Origin: Cyanidioschyzon merolae
Lineage: Eukaryota
Direction: 5' to 3' (one strand)
DNA: 64,000 nt
Assembly: GCA_000091205.1 (NCBI GenBank)
Contig: AP006497.2
Part shown: positions 18,715 through 31,985 of the stretch, piece by piece
Numbering within the stretch: position 1 is the stretch's first letter
Layout of the letters: each line of letters begins with the position of its first letter
Program-made: the position numbers and the translations under genes
Notes under the pieces: model-generated
What the model saw: the letters and a program-made list of their open reading frames with translations, nothing else
Database searches by the model: none
What the model was told of the DNA's origin: nothing

Positions 18715-21036
18715 TTACAGCGGGGATCGTCCAGTGTCTGTATCACGGTGGTAGTCGAAGGGCTCATTGAAAACGCATCCAACTTGACCCCGTAGATATC
18801 TCTCCATGAGATCCCTGGTTGAAGCGTTGAACTCTTCCGAAATGGGGCGGCCGAAGTAGCGGCTTTCGTTCAGCTGCTTTCGGACACGCTTTGCGAGCAC
18901 CTTTCCGAGTTCGACGCCCCACTGGTCGAATGAATTGATGTCCCAGATGAAACCCTGGACTGCCGTGCGATGCTCATAGAGCGCGAGCAACTGGCCAGTG
19001 GCGTACGGATCCAGCCTCTGCAGCAGCAGCGTCAGACTCGGCCTGTTGCCAGTCGTCACGAGATGCGGAATCAGCCATTCGGGGCGGCCCTCTGCACGAC
19101 ACTCCGCCGCTGTTTTGCCGTACGCCAGAGCATCTGGCTGGGCGAAAAAGTTCGCCATGAGCTCGTCTGCATTGCTGACCGGCTCACCCTCGATGCACAG
19201 CGGGTACTGGGACTCGATGAAGCCAATAAAATCGCAGGGTACCGTCTGCCCCATATGCAGCAGCTGGAAAAACGAGTGCTGGCCGTTGGTGCCGGGCTCT
19301 CCAAAGTCGATCTCACCGACCGCGTAGTCGACGTCGTCGCCGCGCAGCGTCACGTGCTTACCGTTGCTCTCCATGTCAACCTGCTGGATATGAGCGGGGA
19401 ACTTGAGAAGCGCCTCTGCGTAAGGATGCAGCGCCCGGCTCTTGTAGCCGAGAAAAGACAGGTTCCAGACGCCGAGAAGCCCCATGATCACCGGCAAGTT
19501 CCCCGCCAGCGGACTAGCAACGTCGTAAAAGTTCGCATCAACAGAGCGCGCGCCCTCTAGAAATCGCAGGAACGTGGGGAAGCCGTACTGAATCGAGAGC
19601 GGCAGCGCTCCGACCGCAGAGCACACGGAATACCTACCCCCGACCCAGTCCCAAAACTCAAAAGTGTTCCGCGGGTCGATCCCGAACTTCTCCACCATCG
19701 GCACGTTGCTGCTGCAGGCAACCATGTGGAGCCGCACGACCTCATCCGAGCGCCCCATTTCGGACCAGAGCCATTCGCGCATCGCCCGTGCATTCAGAAG
19801 CGTCTCCGCGGTTGTGAACGACTTGCTCACGATCACTATCAGCGTCTCCTCCGCCGACAGATCCTGCGTGCAGCGCTTGATATCCACAGGATCCACGTTG
19901 CTGAGAAAATGAAGGTGCCGCCCCCGCGCCGCCTCAAACGCCTCCGGATCCGTCCGAAACGCCTCGTGCACAAAGTCTGGCCCCAGATACGAGCCGCCAA
20001 TCCCCACAGCGATGACGCTGCGAAGCGGCTTCCCCGTGGCGCCGCGATGCTCCCCGCTGCGCACCCGCTCGCTGAACTCACGCACGTGATCGAGCACCCG
20101 CCACACGTCACGAACAACGTCCGTACCGTCGACAACAAGGCTTGCGTTCCGCTCCGCGCGAAGCGCCGTATGCAGCACGGCGCGCCGCTCGGTCACGTTT
20201 ATGTGCGCGCCGGACTGCATCGCGCGGATCTTATCCACCAAACGCGCACGACGCGCTAGCGCGAAAAGTAGCTCAATCGTATCCTTCGTCACCCGCTGCC
20301 GCGAGTAGTCGAGGTAGATCCCGTCATACTCAGCGCGCAGAGAACGCACGCGATCGACGTCCTGCATCAGCTCCCGCAGGTGCAAACGATCGATCTCAGA
20401 TGCATGCTCCACCAGCCGTCTCCACTCGGCAGTCTCCGAGATGAGGACGTAGTCGGTCGGCACCGGCAGTGGTGGCGGCGTTTCCGAAGGAAGCCGCCTC
20501 CCAACGGTGTAGCTCCCGCGAACGTCCCCCGCTGTGCAACGCGGAAACGCACGTCTCCGCAAAAGCCCAGCAGACCCGTGGTGCGGGTACAGCGCCCTGG
20601 ATCGGCGCGATCCAGCTACCCCACCCCGAAGCGGCCACCCAGGCACGACAAAGGCGCTCATCAGGCGAACACTCTCCCAGCAAGCAAAGACCAGGTGCAC
20701 ACTATTGCGCACTGCACCGCGCAGCGAGCTTTCAACTGGCGTCCGCTTCTTGGGCGATTCGCCTCCGGCACGCGCGGCAGGCGGGTGCAGCTGCGAGGGC
20801 GCGGCCAACGGATCAGCGACTCGTTGATAGACTTTCACCTGAATTGCGTTCCATACGCAGGTGCGTGCCATCAACTGCTCTTTCGCCGCTGATGAGAGAC
20901 GCGTTCCGCGTGCGTGCCTTAGCAGAAATAAAAAATCTAGGGGAAGGTATGGGCATGGAAGTCGGAGATCAAAGGCGGTCGCCATGGCCGGCTTCTTGAG
21001 GGAAAGGACGAAAGAAATCCTGGTCTCGCCGACCAT
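18715..21036 (-). CDS. Glucose-6-phosphate isomerase, copy A. The ORF start is probably too far upstream.
   Basis: PGI core from about aa 195 ('[51 protein letters not shown]...'). The first ~35 aa of the ORF (20930-21036) are antisense to a TnpB-like element fragment. The true start is likely an internal Met (aa 56 or 126), followed by an Arg/Ser-rich presequence-like stretch. Confidence 0.85.
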   Translation of the reverse strand: MVGETRISFVLSLKKPAMATAFDLRLPCPYLPLDFLFLLRHARGTRLSSAAKEQLMARTCVWNAIQVKVYQRVADPLAAPSQLHPPAARAGGESPKKRTPVESSLRGAVRNSVHLVFACWESVRLMSAFVVPGWPLRGGVAGSRRSRALYPHHGSAGLLRRRAFPRCTAGDVRGSYTVGRRLPSETPPPLPVPTDYVLISETAEWRRLVEHASEIDRLHLRELMQDVDRVRSLRAEYDGIYLDYSRQRVTKDTIELLFALARRARLVDKIRAMQSGAHINVTERRAVLHTALRAERNASLVVDGTDVVRDVWRVLDHVREFSERVRSGEHRGATGKPLRSVIAVGIGGSYLGPDFVHEAFRTDPEAFEAARGRHLHFLSNVDPVDIKRCTQDLSAEETLIVIVSKSFTTAETLLNARAMREWLWSEMGRSDEVVRLHMVACSSNVPMVEKFGIDPRNTFEFWDWVGGRYSVCSAVGALPLSIQYGFPTFLRFLEGARSVDANFYDVASPLAGNLPVIMGLLGVWNLSFLGYKSRALHPYAEALLKFPAHIQQVDMESNGKHVTLRGDDVDYAVGEIDFGEPGTNGQHSFFQLLHMGQTVPCDFIGFIESQYPLCIEGEPVSNADELMANFFAQPDALAYGKTAAECRAEGRPEWLIPHLVTTGNRPSLTLLLQRLDPYATGQLLALYEHRTAVQGFIWDINSFDQWGVELGKVLAKRVRKQLNESRYFGRPISEEFNASTRDLMERYLRGQVGCVFNEPFDYHRDTDTGRSPL

Positions 21037-21413
21037 GGAGCGAAGAAGCGCAAGTGACGAAGAAGAAGAGAGGCACAGGGGCGGCAGGCGAGAAGAGGGG
21101 TTCGCCCGATGAGACTGCGACGAGACTGTACTGGGAGAGGGGGCACGAGATCGAGGAACTCTCGCAATATCGAGTTCATGCAGAGGAAATATAGAGATGG
21201 AGTTCGTGACCTGGGACCTCTATGCCGCCATCAATATCAGGGAATGTGCGGTTCTGGAGACGAGGCCCGCAGAGCCGACGCGATCCAGCATTGTGGGGCA
21301 GCCCCTGAGGCTTGAAGTGCACAAGGCGAAGCTGCAGCCGATGGCAGGGGCTGGTCAGGAACTGCTGGGAGGCGTCTGGGACTGGATATATATTTACCTA
21401 CCATGGTTGTGGA
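20930..21413 (+). mobile_element. 3' fragment of the TnpB/Fanzor-like element, copy 3A. Its terminus is exactly the right boundary of the 7.5-kb repeat.
   Basis: DNA homology to 12470-12957 ('agaaataaaaaatctaggggaaggtatgg...', 'ctcgccgaccatggagcgaagaagcgcaag'). The tail ORF reads '[36 protein letters not shown]' and the end is 'tatatatttacctaccatggttgtgga'. Confidence 0.55.
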
Positions 21414-24400
21414 TTATTGCGCGTGAGGCAGCGCGATATTTCTTCCACCTCGTTGATTGGGCGCTTCTCCCAGCGCGCATACATTCACACCGACGCATTC
21501 GATCACGCACCATTCTCTTCCTCGCCACCCTTCGTTCCCGGTACAATACTTTTCACAAAACGTGTAGATTATTACGAAATTCATTGCGGCACTTTGCACT
21601 GTCGCGGGCATATCGTACAGGACTTTCTGCTGAGTGCGATAACGCCTCCAAGGCTTCTAAGACATCATTGCGTTTGGCCTGCACGTTTCTGGATTATTCG
21701 CCCAGTCATTACTCTCTGCTGAGATAAAGATGAGACGTATGTTAGTAGGTCTTACAGCTGTTGGTTGAAGTCCGATGGTTCACCAACGATTCCTCCAGTG
21801 CGTCGTCGTTTACCACAGGCAGGCGGACTCCTCCTCGAGCCTCAACGAAGCGCTGGTGTATGGAGTCTCTTTCCCTGGCTTCAGGCCGACGCACTGTGCA
21901 TAGCGGAGAAGATTCACGAGGACATGCTTCTGCATTGCTTGATGTTCCACCGTGTCTTACCTCATCTGAGCAGAGGAGCGTTTGGGCTCTCAGTGGGCCG
22001 TGTACCGTGCAAGACGCCCGCGTTTGATGATTTTGGATGCAGCTACGTCATTGGTCTCGAAGGAGGACGCTACGTCTTGTCGTGATGGTGCGAATTCTTT
22101 GTTCCTTCTTTATTTCTTTCCCATACGCATCTATCTTTGCTTTCATTGACTTGTCGCTCCTCCTCCCGTTTTTGCGTTCCTTCGAAGCTTCGGGCCAAGA
22201 GCGCACAATTTCTTCCATGCACTCCAGGCAGTCGATAAGCTCCTCTTCTGCTTTGATGCTCTTCGTGTTGTGCATCAGAAGCATCTACGCCGCCTGTACG
22301 GAGGCGCCCCACTCAATCAAATTGGAAAAAAGCCTCATATCGAGGTGCTGGTAGGAGCGACTTAAAGATTCGATTGGAAAAGTAGAAAATTTCTTCCCTT
22401 CAGGGACACGGTACAGCACCCCAAATGCAGAAGCATCATCCCTTTCTTTTGCTGGTTACTCACAGGCGACAGCTGAATCATTTCTTTGGCGTATTCGTCT
22501 CGGAAAAGCATTCGACGGAGGTTTACAATGCTCCCTCTCTTTCCAGTCGATGGGCTTCGACGAAACGCCGATAACGAAGAGCTCCTTCATGTCGCCCGGA
22601 CTTGAGACCGACTCGTGGTTTTTTCGTTTCAACATCAACGAATACATCACCCGAGGGTGGAAGTGAACGCTGACGTGTTTCAGGCTCGCCGTGCATACTT
22701 TTCGTCCCAAGTGCCTCTTTGTTTTTCTGGAACGCTTTGAGTCTCGCAACGAGTGAAATCCTCGGCATCCGCAAATTTGTTCAGCTGAAAGACCGAAGAG
22801 CGTTCGGCGTCGATGAAAGCTCAGAGCGAGAGAGGAGTACTCGGCATGTACTCTGGAAGAGTGAGGGCATAGAAGGCGGTCGGTGTCAATAGTCTCTCAA
22901 AGAAATTCATCACTTTCACAAGGTCCTTGAAGTGAGGAATGTCCGCAGTCTTGTGCGAAAGGCAAGCATGTTGCTGGAGCTTGCTGAAAGAAATGCATAT
23001 TTACATGCGCAGGATGTGTGCTCCGGCAAGAGCAAGCACGCTCAGATGAATCCCTTTATGAGTGTAGCGTCGCAAAGTAGCGACACGCAAAGCTCCTCGT
23101 TCGCGTAGCTGCCCGAGCGTTGAGGTTCGTACAGCAAGGCGATCCGTCGAAAGGTGGCGACGTTCTCTGGGACGGGTATGCACCTCTGTTCGAAATGCTC
23201 TAGGATTTCTTTTTAGTCCTTAAACAGCTGTTTCCCTCTCTCACATGGTGTGGTTGGGCTGTGTGCCTCTGTTGACGAACCAGCAATTTATTGTCATTCT
23301 CAATTCATCTTTCAACTTTTTCCCTCACGTCTCTTCAGAAATCCGCCAACCTAAAACTTGGAAACCTTGTGCGAAACAAACCCTGGCAGGCCGGGCGGTT
23401 TCAATTGCGGCCTCTAAAGCGACGAGCACCAGTTCGTATTGAGGACAATCCAAGGTATTGACATGTGCATCCGCTTCCCCAGGTCAGTGCCTCGCGGAAC
23501 CGGAAGACGTTCTTCATTTGGCGAAACTATGGAAAATAAGTTCGAATGCATAAAATGATCCATCCTCTGGTCTCTACTCATTACCAACGGAAAAGTATTT
23601 GTGGAACGCGATTTTTCCACGAAGAAGAATATACTGGGGCGAAAATCCGGGTTTGAGGACGAGTTGAGAAATTTCGATATTTGCAAGCTCCCTTCTTGTG
23701 AAGATCTGATGCGCTCTTCGTGGAAAGCGATCGCTGGGATGACTGACGTCCGAGTCTTAGATACTTTTCTCTCCAAACAGAGGAGGTCGGAGCCTCTGAG
23801 AGCTTCTCTCGATTTTGGTACTATGCTGCTATCGAATGCCGTTTCATCGATGGCAGGACGGAGTAGGGGACCCTCCTTTTGAACAGAATCTATTGTATTA
23901 CCCTAGATGGTCAGTTACGTTCTAGAGTGATCTTGTCAACGAGTCTCCAACGAGCAGCCTCGAGTAATTTTTGTCGTCAACCCAGCAGTAAGCGAGACCT
24001 GCTGCGCCCACGACTTGTCTTGAAACATAAAGATAGAAAACTTGAAACATGCATGATTTGAGCACCCAACTCGTAAGGAAGGAGGAAGAAAGGAGGCTTA
24101 TAAATACAAAATCGATCATGATACCGGGTATTTTACAATTGCTTGTTTGACAGCGTCGAGAATCAGCTTGATTTCAGTGACGCATGGAACTCCAGCGGCA
24201 GACTGTCGAAAGAGCCGCTCAGAAATGCCAACCGAGTGTTCTAAAATTAAGTATGAAACCATATGCCCTTATGGCTGATAGTCGAACGTTGACGCTGTAC
24301 ATCTAGAAAGAGTGCATAAAAACGAAAGACAAGAGAAGACCGAGCAGTTCATTATTCCATTGTGTTCGGCATTGGCGGAGGCACAAGCATTCGCTCCACA

Positions 24401-24893
24401 GTGGCAAATCTCGAGCGAGTGCGTTTCTGGAGTTCTTCCACAGGCAAAAAGACCCGACCGCGTGTAACAATTTCCTCTGCTAGAAATAATCGATTACGTG
24501 CGTGGACTCCTCGGTGACCCTGCAGCAGTCGAATTTCTGCGTGCTTCGTGCGTATCGGCGCCCAAAACGCCCTTAGGCTGTGACTGGGCTGGACACGCTA
24601 AGGACTGACACGGGAGCCAGAGGCTGGGATCCAGCCTGGGCAGTTTGGGTTTGCTGGTCGCGTGGAATTATAAGCAGTGTAAATCACTTGTTCGGACTGA
24701 GGTGAGTGCCTTAAGTAACTTGGCTGTTTGCTGAACCAGCTCTCGTGCGTGCTGTTGGCGACTTTGGCTGGGTTGCACAAGCTTGGTGCCCAAGTTCGTA
24801 GCCCCCAAACGCCAGGTTCGAAGTGCACATTGGCCACGGTCTCGGCTTGTTTACTGACTTTGCGCTCTATGAAACCCGCAGTAGCTCAACAGG

Positions 24894-25787
24894 ATGGTCC
24901 GAGGCGAAGCCAGCTCCAGCAGCATGCCACGCGCTTTGAGCATCGCAGGCTCGGACTCGGGAGGCGGTGCCGGCATCCAAGCCGATCTGAAGACTTTTGA
25001 AGCCCTCGGCGTGTACGGCATGACCGTTATCACAGCGATCACGGCCCAGAATACGGTTGGAGTGCAGGCCGTGGAGGGTGTGTCTCCCGCTTTGGTTCGC
25101 GCCCAGTTACAGAGCGTTCTGAGCGACATCGGCGTTGACGCCATAAAGACTGGTATGCTTTTGGACTGCGGCACCATCAACGTGGTGGCAGATACCATAG
25201 AGAGCAGCGAACCAGCTGCCATGGCGCCTCTGGTCGTCGACCCAGTCATGGTGGCAAAGAGCGGCGACCGCTTGCTTGCCGCCGATGCAGTAGCGGCCTT
25301 GAAGACTCGTCTTGCACCGCTGGCAACGGTTCTAACGCCAAACATCCCCGAGGCCGAACAGCTGCTAGGTAGGCGCCTCACAATCGATAGCATGGATTCA
25401 ATGCGACGTGCACTTGTCGAGCTCATGGAGGAGTTGCCTGAAACGCGCGCAGTTCTTCTCAAGGGCGGCCACCTAGACTCCACTGGCAACGTCTGTGTTG
25501 ACCTGTTTAGCGATCGCGTACACGGCGGTCTAACTGAGCTTACACTTTCAAGACTTAGCTCGAGGAACAGTCACGGAACGGGCTGCACCACTGCATCGGC
25601 GATAGCTGCTGGCCTCGCTAAGGGCTACCCCTTGCTTAAAGCAGTTTACCTGAGCAAGCGATATGTGCACGGGTGCATTGAGCATGCCTTGCCGTTGGGC
25701 GCTGGGTGTGGTCCGCTCTTCCACGCACACCTTCAGGCAGCAGATGGTGCTCTCGATGCTAAGCTGAAGGAGCTTATCGGAGACTGA
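24894..25787 (+). CDS. Hydroxymethylpyrimidine/phosphomethylpyrimidine kinase (ThiD/PdxK family)
   Basis: 'SIAGSDSGGGAGIQADLKTFEALGVYGMTVITAITAQNTVGV...DAIKTGML', the hallmark N-terminus of the ThiD family. 297 aa. Confidence 0.8.
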   Translation: MVRGEASSSSMPRALSIAGSDSGGGAGIQADLKTFEALGVYGMTVITAITAQNTVGVQAVEGVSPALVRAQLQSVLSDIGVDAIKTGMLLDCGTINVVADTIESSEPAAMAPLVVDPVMVAKSGDRLLAADAVAALKTRLAPLATVLTPNIPEAEQLLGRRLTIDSMDSMRRALVELMEELPETRAVLLKGGHLDSTGNVCVDLFSDRVHGGLTELTLSRLSSRNSHGTGCTTASAIAAGLAKGYPLLKAVYLSKRYVHGCIEHALPLGAGCGPLFHAHLQAADGALDAKLKELIGD

Positions 25788-26293
25788 GGCGACATCCCAG
25801 CAATCTTTCTGATTGGACTCAGAAGGATTGCCTCGGGCGCTGCAGCTACTTGCCGCGGTAAAGTAAACAGGAGAGAACAACCGTCCTTTCATGGAGCATC
25901 CACGGTGACCGGCCGCAAAGTGTGGGAGTGACTTGTCAGCGTCCCAAAGGTATGAAGGCCTCTTGCGGCTTTAGGCCACGAGTGATCCTCTATAGGCACC
26001 GACAGAAGAACCAACCCTGGACAGGGAGCACTTCATCGAGTTCGCTATTCGAGCAGTCCATTCCTTGCGGGTTTCAGGGTTCTGAATCGCGCGAGGCCCC
26101 CACCGCCCGGTTGCCTCCGACAAGAACCGCTCGCAGCACTGAGGGCCACCCGCGTATTGTTCGTGCTGTAGCGCGTCCCGAGAAGCTCCAGATCCAGCAC
26201 ACAGATGGGGGCATAGAGCGCATGCGCCTCATTCGTGTCATATCCTCGCCTGGAGAATATCTGTACGACACGAACCAGACAGAGCGTGATGTT

Positions 26294-26761
26294 CTACCGG
26301 CCGGTGCTCCCGAAACCCTTGCAGCCGCGTTGCGTTTCCTCCAGCTCGGCCACCTCCACAACTGGTGGTGTCTCGATCCGTTCCAGAATAAGCTGAGCAA
26401 TCCGCATCCCAACTTCGACCTGGAAGCATTCCTCGCCCAGGTTGAAAATCACAACACCGAGGTTCCCGCGGTAGTCCTGATCCACTACTCCAGCGCCGAG
26501 ATCGATACCGTGCTTCAGAGCCAGCCCGCTACGAGGTGCAACACGGCCATACGTGCCGACAGGTACGGCAACTGCTAGGTCAGTGCGGACGAGCGCGCGG
26601 CCTCCTGGTGGAATCTCGACGCTCTCAGCGGCAAAGAGGTCGTAGCCCGCCGCGTGCTCTGAAGACCGGAGAGGCAACGTAGCGCACTCACTCAATCGTT
26701 TCACACGTAATGCACCAGACTCTTGATTGCTTTCCGTTTGGCACATGGTGAACCTCTTCAC
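26294..26761 (-). CDS. dUTP pyrophosphatase (dUTPase)
   Basis: 'AAGYDLFAAESVEIPPGGRALVRTDLAVAVPVGTYGRVAPRSGLALKHGIDLGAGVVDQDYRGNLGVVIFNLG...RIAQLILERI' carries canonical dUTPase motifs 1-5. Confidence 0.88.
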   Translation of the reverse strand: MKRFTMCQTESNQESGALRVKRLSECATLPLRSSEHAAGYDLFAAESVEIPPGGRALVRTDLAVAVPVGTYGRVAPRSGLALKHGIDLGAGVVDQDYRGNLGVVIFNLGEECFQVEVGMRIAQLILERIETPPVVEVAELEETQRGCKGFGSTGR

Positions 26762-28192
26762 GCACTAGCAGCGAAGCAGTAGTACGGAAATGCAAATTCC
26801 CGCCAGATATGTTACCGATGCGCGAGCGCATATGGCCAGATTCATGGGTGGCGCGCGCTCAAGCCACACGAGACCATGTTTGCGTGCCGCGCGCGCAAAA
26901 TGCTACGAACAGCGTCCTAGTCAGCTGTATACTGCGCGGGAAATCATCCCTCAAATAGCTGCCTGAGTCGCGTCCAGTGAACGAGTCGGGAGCATGCTAT
27001 CTTGTGGTCTCGCAGCGCGGGAACGCTAGAGCCGCTGCTGGTGGGGCTGTATACGCTGACGCAGTTATTTAGGTGCGCTATTGTCTAATCGAATGTGGAT
27101 CCCACCGGCTGCACACAAGCACCTGAGGACGAGAGGAGCACCTGCCGTATCCGTTTGAGTACGCATATGTTCCAACAGCGTGAGAATGATCGCACGAAAG
27201 GGAATGGTCGCCAGATTGTGCTAATGACGAGCTGTCTCCGAGTGCTGAGCCTGCCTCGTGCGCCCACTGTAAATCTCTGTTTGCCGCCGGCGCGCCTGAG
27301 GCAACCGCTAGGTGCAGACGTAATGGCCTCGTGATTCCTTGTGGGCATCATCTCGAGGACGCAGGCGGTTTCATACTATTTGCATTCGTTTCCGAGTGCG
27401 CTCCTAGGCGTTTAAACACGGCACTGGCAGGTTGCGCTCTGCGCGAGGCGCCGCTGCAGTTCGTGCTGGCTCGAACGGGCTCGTTTCTTTCTCGCGCAAC
27501 GTGTGGCTACTGCAATTTGTGATTTGTAATTGCTTATTGCTGCATGAAGCCGCGTCCGAGGCATACTCTATGGAACTCGAGCCCGAGCACCGAGAGGATT
27601 GGTGCAAAACTCGAGCGAGCTTAGCAGATTTCGAGCTATACCTTCGTGGCGATGTTTGATGAGGGGACCTGGCATACGTTCCCGCAGCATCAGCTTCTTG
27701 CATAAATGTCCAATGGTTTGAGCATGCAATATCGCCTGTTATCTTTTTATTCTGAAGCAGCACGCGGCGATTGATTGTTGAGTTCACATCGGAGCAATTT
27801 AGGCGCTTGCCTCGTATTTGCGCCGGCTTGCATCTATTTTCAGAAAGTTGGCTTCTTGGGACCCTATAGCATCTGTACAACCGACTCCGCATCAAGTGGT
27901 TTCAGTTTTTTCCCATTGTGAGGAAAACATGCTTGCATTGGATCCGTTTCGGTAATGCATGCCCGGAGGCGCACCTGATGATGCAGCCGCGATTAGCTCT
28001 CGTGCGTTGCGGTCGTTGGCAGGATGCGTATCAACGTGTGATGTTCAAGTTGATCCTTAGTTGTACATAAAATTCTAATTCAGGTCAGCGCAATCGACAA
28101 CCATGCGTTTCGCACGCGTTGACGACGACGACATCAAACATTCATAAGTTTTTGGGGAACGACTTTCAAGAAGCTTACCTTTCTGCAAAATA

Positions 28193-30448
28193 ATGCTCGC
28201 ATACCTCTCAGCACCTTCACGACCGAGTGTGACGCTTTCTGAATTCTCTGGTCGCCGGGTTTGCCAGACGAAACGGAACGATTCTCTTCTGGGCGCTCGG
28301 GGGAGGTTTGCACCGGGCACGTGGGAGCGCGTAGTGCTCGGGCGTCGCGGTGGTTCCCGTACAGTCAGTCGTTTGCCTCAAGTGCGTGCAACAGCTACTG
28401 CTGGGGTATCGCTAGTGAAGCCAAAGCAGACGGGGAACGCGTTCGCTGACCTCTGCATCAACAGCATTCGTTTCCTGGCTGTCGACGCCGTAGAGAAGGC
28501 GAACTCTGGACACCCTGGAGCGCCCATGGGTCAGGCCCCGCTCGCGTTTACTCTTTGGGACAAGTATCTGCGCTTTAACCCCAAGAATCCGAACTGGGTC
28601 AATCGCGATCGTTTTGTGCTAAGCAGCGGCCACGGGTCAATGCTATTATATGCTTTGCTTCACCTCTATGGGTATGATCGTCCAACAATAGAAGATATCA
28701 AACAGTTTCGGCAGCTTGGTGCGGTAACCGCGGGTCACCCCGAGAACTTTCTTCTTCCTGGCGTTGAAGTGACCACAGGGCCTCTGGGCTCTGGTGTGGC
28801 ACAGGCTGTTGGTCTCGCTATCGCCGAAGCGCACCTCGGAGCAATGTTCAACACCCCACAGGAGAAGCTGATTGACCATTACACTTACTTTATCATGGGT
28901 GACGGATGTGCGCAGGAAGGTGTTGCCTCCGAGGCATCGTCTCTTGCAGGGCATTTACGACTGGGGAAGCTGATCGGTTTCTATGATGATAACAAAATAA
29001 CGATTGACGGGCACACTGATCTTTCATTCAGCGAGGATGTGGGTGCACGCTATGAGGCGTACGGTTGGCAGGTCCTGAGGGTTCCCAACGGTAATGAGGA
29101 TCTCGGAGCAATTGAGCAGGCCATCCTCACAGCAAAAAGCGATACAACGCGTCCATCACTGATAATTGTCTCGACTATTATTGGCTTTGGATCCCCTCAC
29201 AAAGCAGACACGCATGATGTTCACGGAGCTGCCCTCGGTGCCGACGAAGTCAAGGCAACGCGGGAGAATCTTGGATGGAAATATGCTCCTTTCGAGGTCC
29301 CAGAGGAGGTGCTGAAACATTGTCGCCGCAAGATCCAAGAGGGGGCACGTCTTGAACAGGAATGGAATGAGCTCTTGCAGCGGTACAAGAGTAAGCACCC
29401 AGAACAGGCTGCACTATTCGAGCGGATGGTGATTCGCAAGGAGAAGAGCCCTGGTTGGGAAAAGGCCCTCAAGGATTGTGCGGCAAAGACAGGCTCCATG
29501 GCTACGAGGCAAGTCTCCGGCGCAATGCTCAATGCGCTCGCTGCGGTGATGCCGGAGATCATCGGGGGATCTGCAGACCTGGCCCCTTCGAACAACACGC
29601 TCCTGAAGGGCTTTGGCGATTTCTCTCGTAACAACTACAAAGCCAAGAATATGCGCTTCGGTGTCCGCGAGGCAGCGATGACTGCGATCACCGCGGGCAT
29701 CAAGCTCCACAACACTGGACTGTTTCCCTACTGCGCGACTTTTCTGATATTCACCGATTACGCCCGGGGCATGCTCCGCCTTGCTGCCCTCTCCGAGGCG
29801 GGAATCACGTTCATTACAACGCACGACTCCGTCGCCTTAGGCGAGGATGGCCCCACGCACCAGCCCATCGAGCATCTGGCTAGCCTGCGAGCTATGCCGA
29901 ATGTGTACACGTTCCGTCCGTGCGATGCGAACGAGTGCGCAGCTGGCTATGCGCTCTCGATCCGGCATGATGACAAAGTCGTTCTGTTGGCGCTCACGCG
30001 ACAGAAGACGAACAAGCTCGAGACATCCTCATACGATGGTGCCCTGCGCGGAGCGTACGTGGTTTCGGATAATAGCCCTGCGGGCAAGCACCCGGATGTG
30101 ATCCTTATCGGAACAGGCTCCGAGGTGGACGTCGTCGTGGAGGCCGCCGATCAACTACGAACTAGCGATGCTTTGAATGTGCGCGTGGTGTCGATGCCCT
30201 GCATGGAGCTCTTTGAGGACCAGGATGCAGCTTATCAAGAGTCTGTGCTTCCTGCTGCCGTGCCTCGCAGCCGGAGGGTCGTATGTGAGGCTGCCTCAAG
30301 CTTCGGCTGGTCGAAGTATGCGGATCACTTTGTGTGCATCGATCGCTTCGGAGCGTCCGGCAAAGGGCCTGACCTGATGAAGTACTTTGGGATCACGCCG
30401 TCGAACGTAGCGAAGAAGGCGCGAGAGGCTGCAGGAAAAGGCGTTTGA
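28193..30448 (+). CDS. Transketolase, copy B (canonical catalytic residues), with an N-terminal presequence-like extension
   Basis: Contains '[19 protein letters not shown]', '[13 protein letters not shown]', '[11 protein letters not shown]', '[13 protein letters not shown]' and '[15 protein letters not shown]', matching conserved TPP-transketolase residues. 751 aa. Confidence 0.9.
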   Translation: MLAYLSAPSRPSVTLSEFSGRRVCQTKRNDSLLGARGRFAPGTWERVVLGRRGGSRTVSRLPQVRATATAGVSLVKPKQTGNAFADLCINSIRFLAVDAVEKANSGHPGAPMGQAPLAFTLWDKYLRFNPKNPNWVNRDRFVLSSGHGSMLLYALLHLYGYDRPTIEDIKQFRQLGAVTAGHPENFLLPGVEVTTGPLGSGVAQAVGLAIAEAHLGAMFNTPQEKLIDHYTYFIMGDGCAQEGVASEASSLAGHLRLGKLIGFYDDNKITIDGHTDLSFSEDVGARYEAYGWQVLRVPNGNEDLGAIEQAILTAKSDTTRPSLIIVSTIIGFGSPHKADTHDVHGAALGADEVKATRENLGWKYAPFEVPEEVLKHCRRKIQEGARLEQEWNELLQRYKSKHPEQAALFERMVIRKEKSPGWEKALKDCAAKTGSMATRQVSGAMLNALAAVMPEIIGGSADLAPSNNTLLKGFGDFSRNNYKAKNMRFGVREAAMTAITAGIKLHNTGLFPYCATFLIFTDYARGMLRLAALSEAGITFITTHDSVALGEDGPTHQPIEHLASLRAMPNVYTFRPCDANECAAGYALSIRHDDKVVLLALTRQKTNKLETSSYDGALRGAYVVSDNSPAGKHPDVILIGTGSEVDVVVEAADQLRTSDALNVRVVSMPCMELFEDQDAAYQESVLPAAVPRSRRVVCEAASSFGWSKYADHFVCIDRFGASGKGPDLMKYFGITPSNVAKKAREAAGKGV

Positions 30449-30747
30449 GGACGCCGCGGAAGCAGCGGTTCTGTGCCGGGCAAAGATTTTCAAGCGGCGT
30501 TTGCTGCGGCAACGCTCTGCGGAATGGGAACGCTTTGGAAGAGAGTATTCTTGCAGGGTCTAAACACGGCTGTAGTATCCCGCGTGATCACGTTGGGCCT
30601 CATCGTTCTCGTTCGCAAATGCGTTCCGTAGAACGTGCTGTTCTCTAGGGTAACAACGGCTGGGTACGCGGCAGCTGCATCGCCTCTGGGCTGGAGCGGG
30701 TCCTGCGGTTTTGAACCGTTGTCCACCTCGAAGGTTTTCTCCCGCCG

Positions 30748-31263
30748 ATGGCGTCCGGGTTGGAGCACCTCCAACGGGCGCTCTGGAGACGGGGCCTTCC
30801 GTGCTTCAGCCTTGACTGGCTCACGCAAGCACACGAACGTTACCCAGACGTTGAAGAACTCGTAACGTTTGCTCTGGAAACAGTCGACTTTGAGGACCGG
30901 CGCGTCGTCGAGAGAGGCAGCCTTCCTGCGGAGGCACAGCCAGCGCTGCTCTCCAAGGAAGACGGCGTGGTCGTTCCCATACGCGGGGAGCTTCTCGTTT
31001 TTCAGGTGCTGGACGTTGCGGACGTCAGCGCCGCTGAGGAAAAAGCGGATCTTCCAAGCGGGCCCGAGCGCACTCTGAAGCTTCTGCTGACGGACGGTCG
31101 CCTCGAGTTGGCCGCTATCGAGGACGCTCCGATACCGGACCTCGGAACGAGTCTCCCTCGTTGCACGAAAGTCTGTGTGCGGAAACCTATGCTGCTGCAC
31201 GGGTTGCTGGTGCTGCGTCCCGAGAACACGTCCGTAGTGAGGCCTCGGCCGAGCTGCATATAG
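30748..31263 (+). CDS. RMI1-like DUF1767/OB-fold protein, copy B
   Basis: Identical to 16448-16963. Confidence 0.4.
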   Translation: MASGLEHLQRALWRRGLPCFSLDWLTQAHERYPDVEELVTFALETVDFEDRRVVERGSLPAEAQPALLSKEDGVVVPIRGELLVFQVLDVADVSAAEEKADLPSGPERTLKLLLTDGRLELAAIEDAPIPDLGTSLPRCTKVCVRKPMLLHGLLVLRPENTSVVRPRPSCI

Positions 31264-31952
31264 AAGGAGTGGCTGCGGCTGCCGCTTGGGCGTATCGCAA
31301 ACGAGTTCTTGGTGATGCATCGGGCGAGCAGCTGCCGCGTCCAGCTCGAGTGTCGGACCGAATATCGCCTGTTTGATGATGTATCTGCGTGGAGCTTTCG
31401 AGATGGATACGCTTGTACGAAAAATGATCGTAGGTGTGGCATGCCTGCATGCTCGAGACACCGGCAGGATGCGTTCTACGACTGTGCCTCGGAGGCTCGT
31501 GCAGAACGCTGCCGAGACGTGCACACTGGCGCTGTGGCGCTTTCGGGCTACGGAAGTCTGGAAAGAGCGTTCTCCAAGCTTTGCACAACGCCTATGCCGG
31601 TACCTGCAAGACCACGCTGTGTCGTGAGGCACCCCTGGTTCCCATGGGTCATGCTTCAGAGCGCGAGTGAAGCGCCGCGGATGCTGCTCCATAGCAGAAT
31701 AGGTGCGGTGCTAGATCGAACTAGCGGCCTGATCTAATATGCACGCTGGTGCGTGAAAGTCTTCCATGCACATTTTGGGATATGGAATCGAGTGCGTAGC
31801 AGAAGATTGCGCAAGACTGTTTCGATGCATGCGAGTGCGCACGCTGTGACGCAGCAGGGGATTTGCGAGCCTCGGCTGGCAGGGCCCCCAGCCGGCGTCC
31901 ACGAGGGAATAGCTGAGCTGTCCCGTCTGTGTGTGGCGTTCGCAGTAGCAGT

Positions 31953-31985
<33 letters not shown>

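Larger units (their letters stand above)
13899..21413. repeat. Copy A of a 7515-bp direct repeat (offset 14300 bp to copy B)
   Basis: All ORFs in the interval have identical counterparts at +14300, except inside 14320-14930 and at the 17642-17687 microsatellite. Confidence 0.85.

Noticed and set aside
21197-21727. 176-aa + ORF starting in the TnpB-like tail and continuing into unique DNA
   Set aside because: It reads through the element terminus at 21413. The portion after the terminus is not shared with copies 2, 3B or 4, so it is a chance ORF extension.
24780-24850. Possible second tRNA suggested by 'ccaggttcgaagtgcac'
   Set aside because: I could not form a T-stem or acceptor stem around the TTCGAA. 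Other TTCGA occurrences (42290, 56410) also fail to fold into a cloverleaf.
25922-26578. 218-aa + ORF overlapping the dUTPase gene
   Set aside because: It is antisense to a gene with unmistakable dUTPase motifs. Pro/Arg-rich and motif-less.
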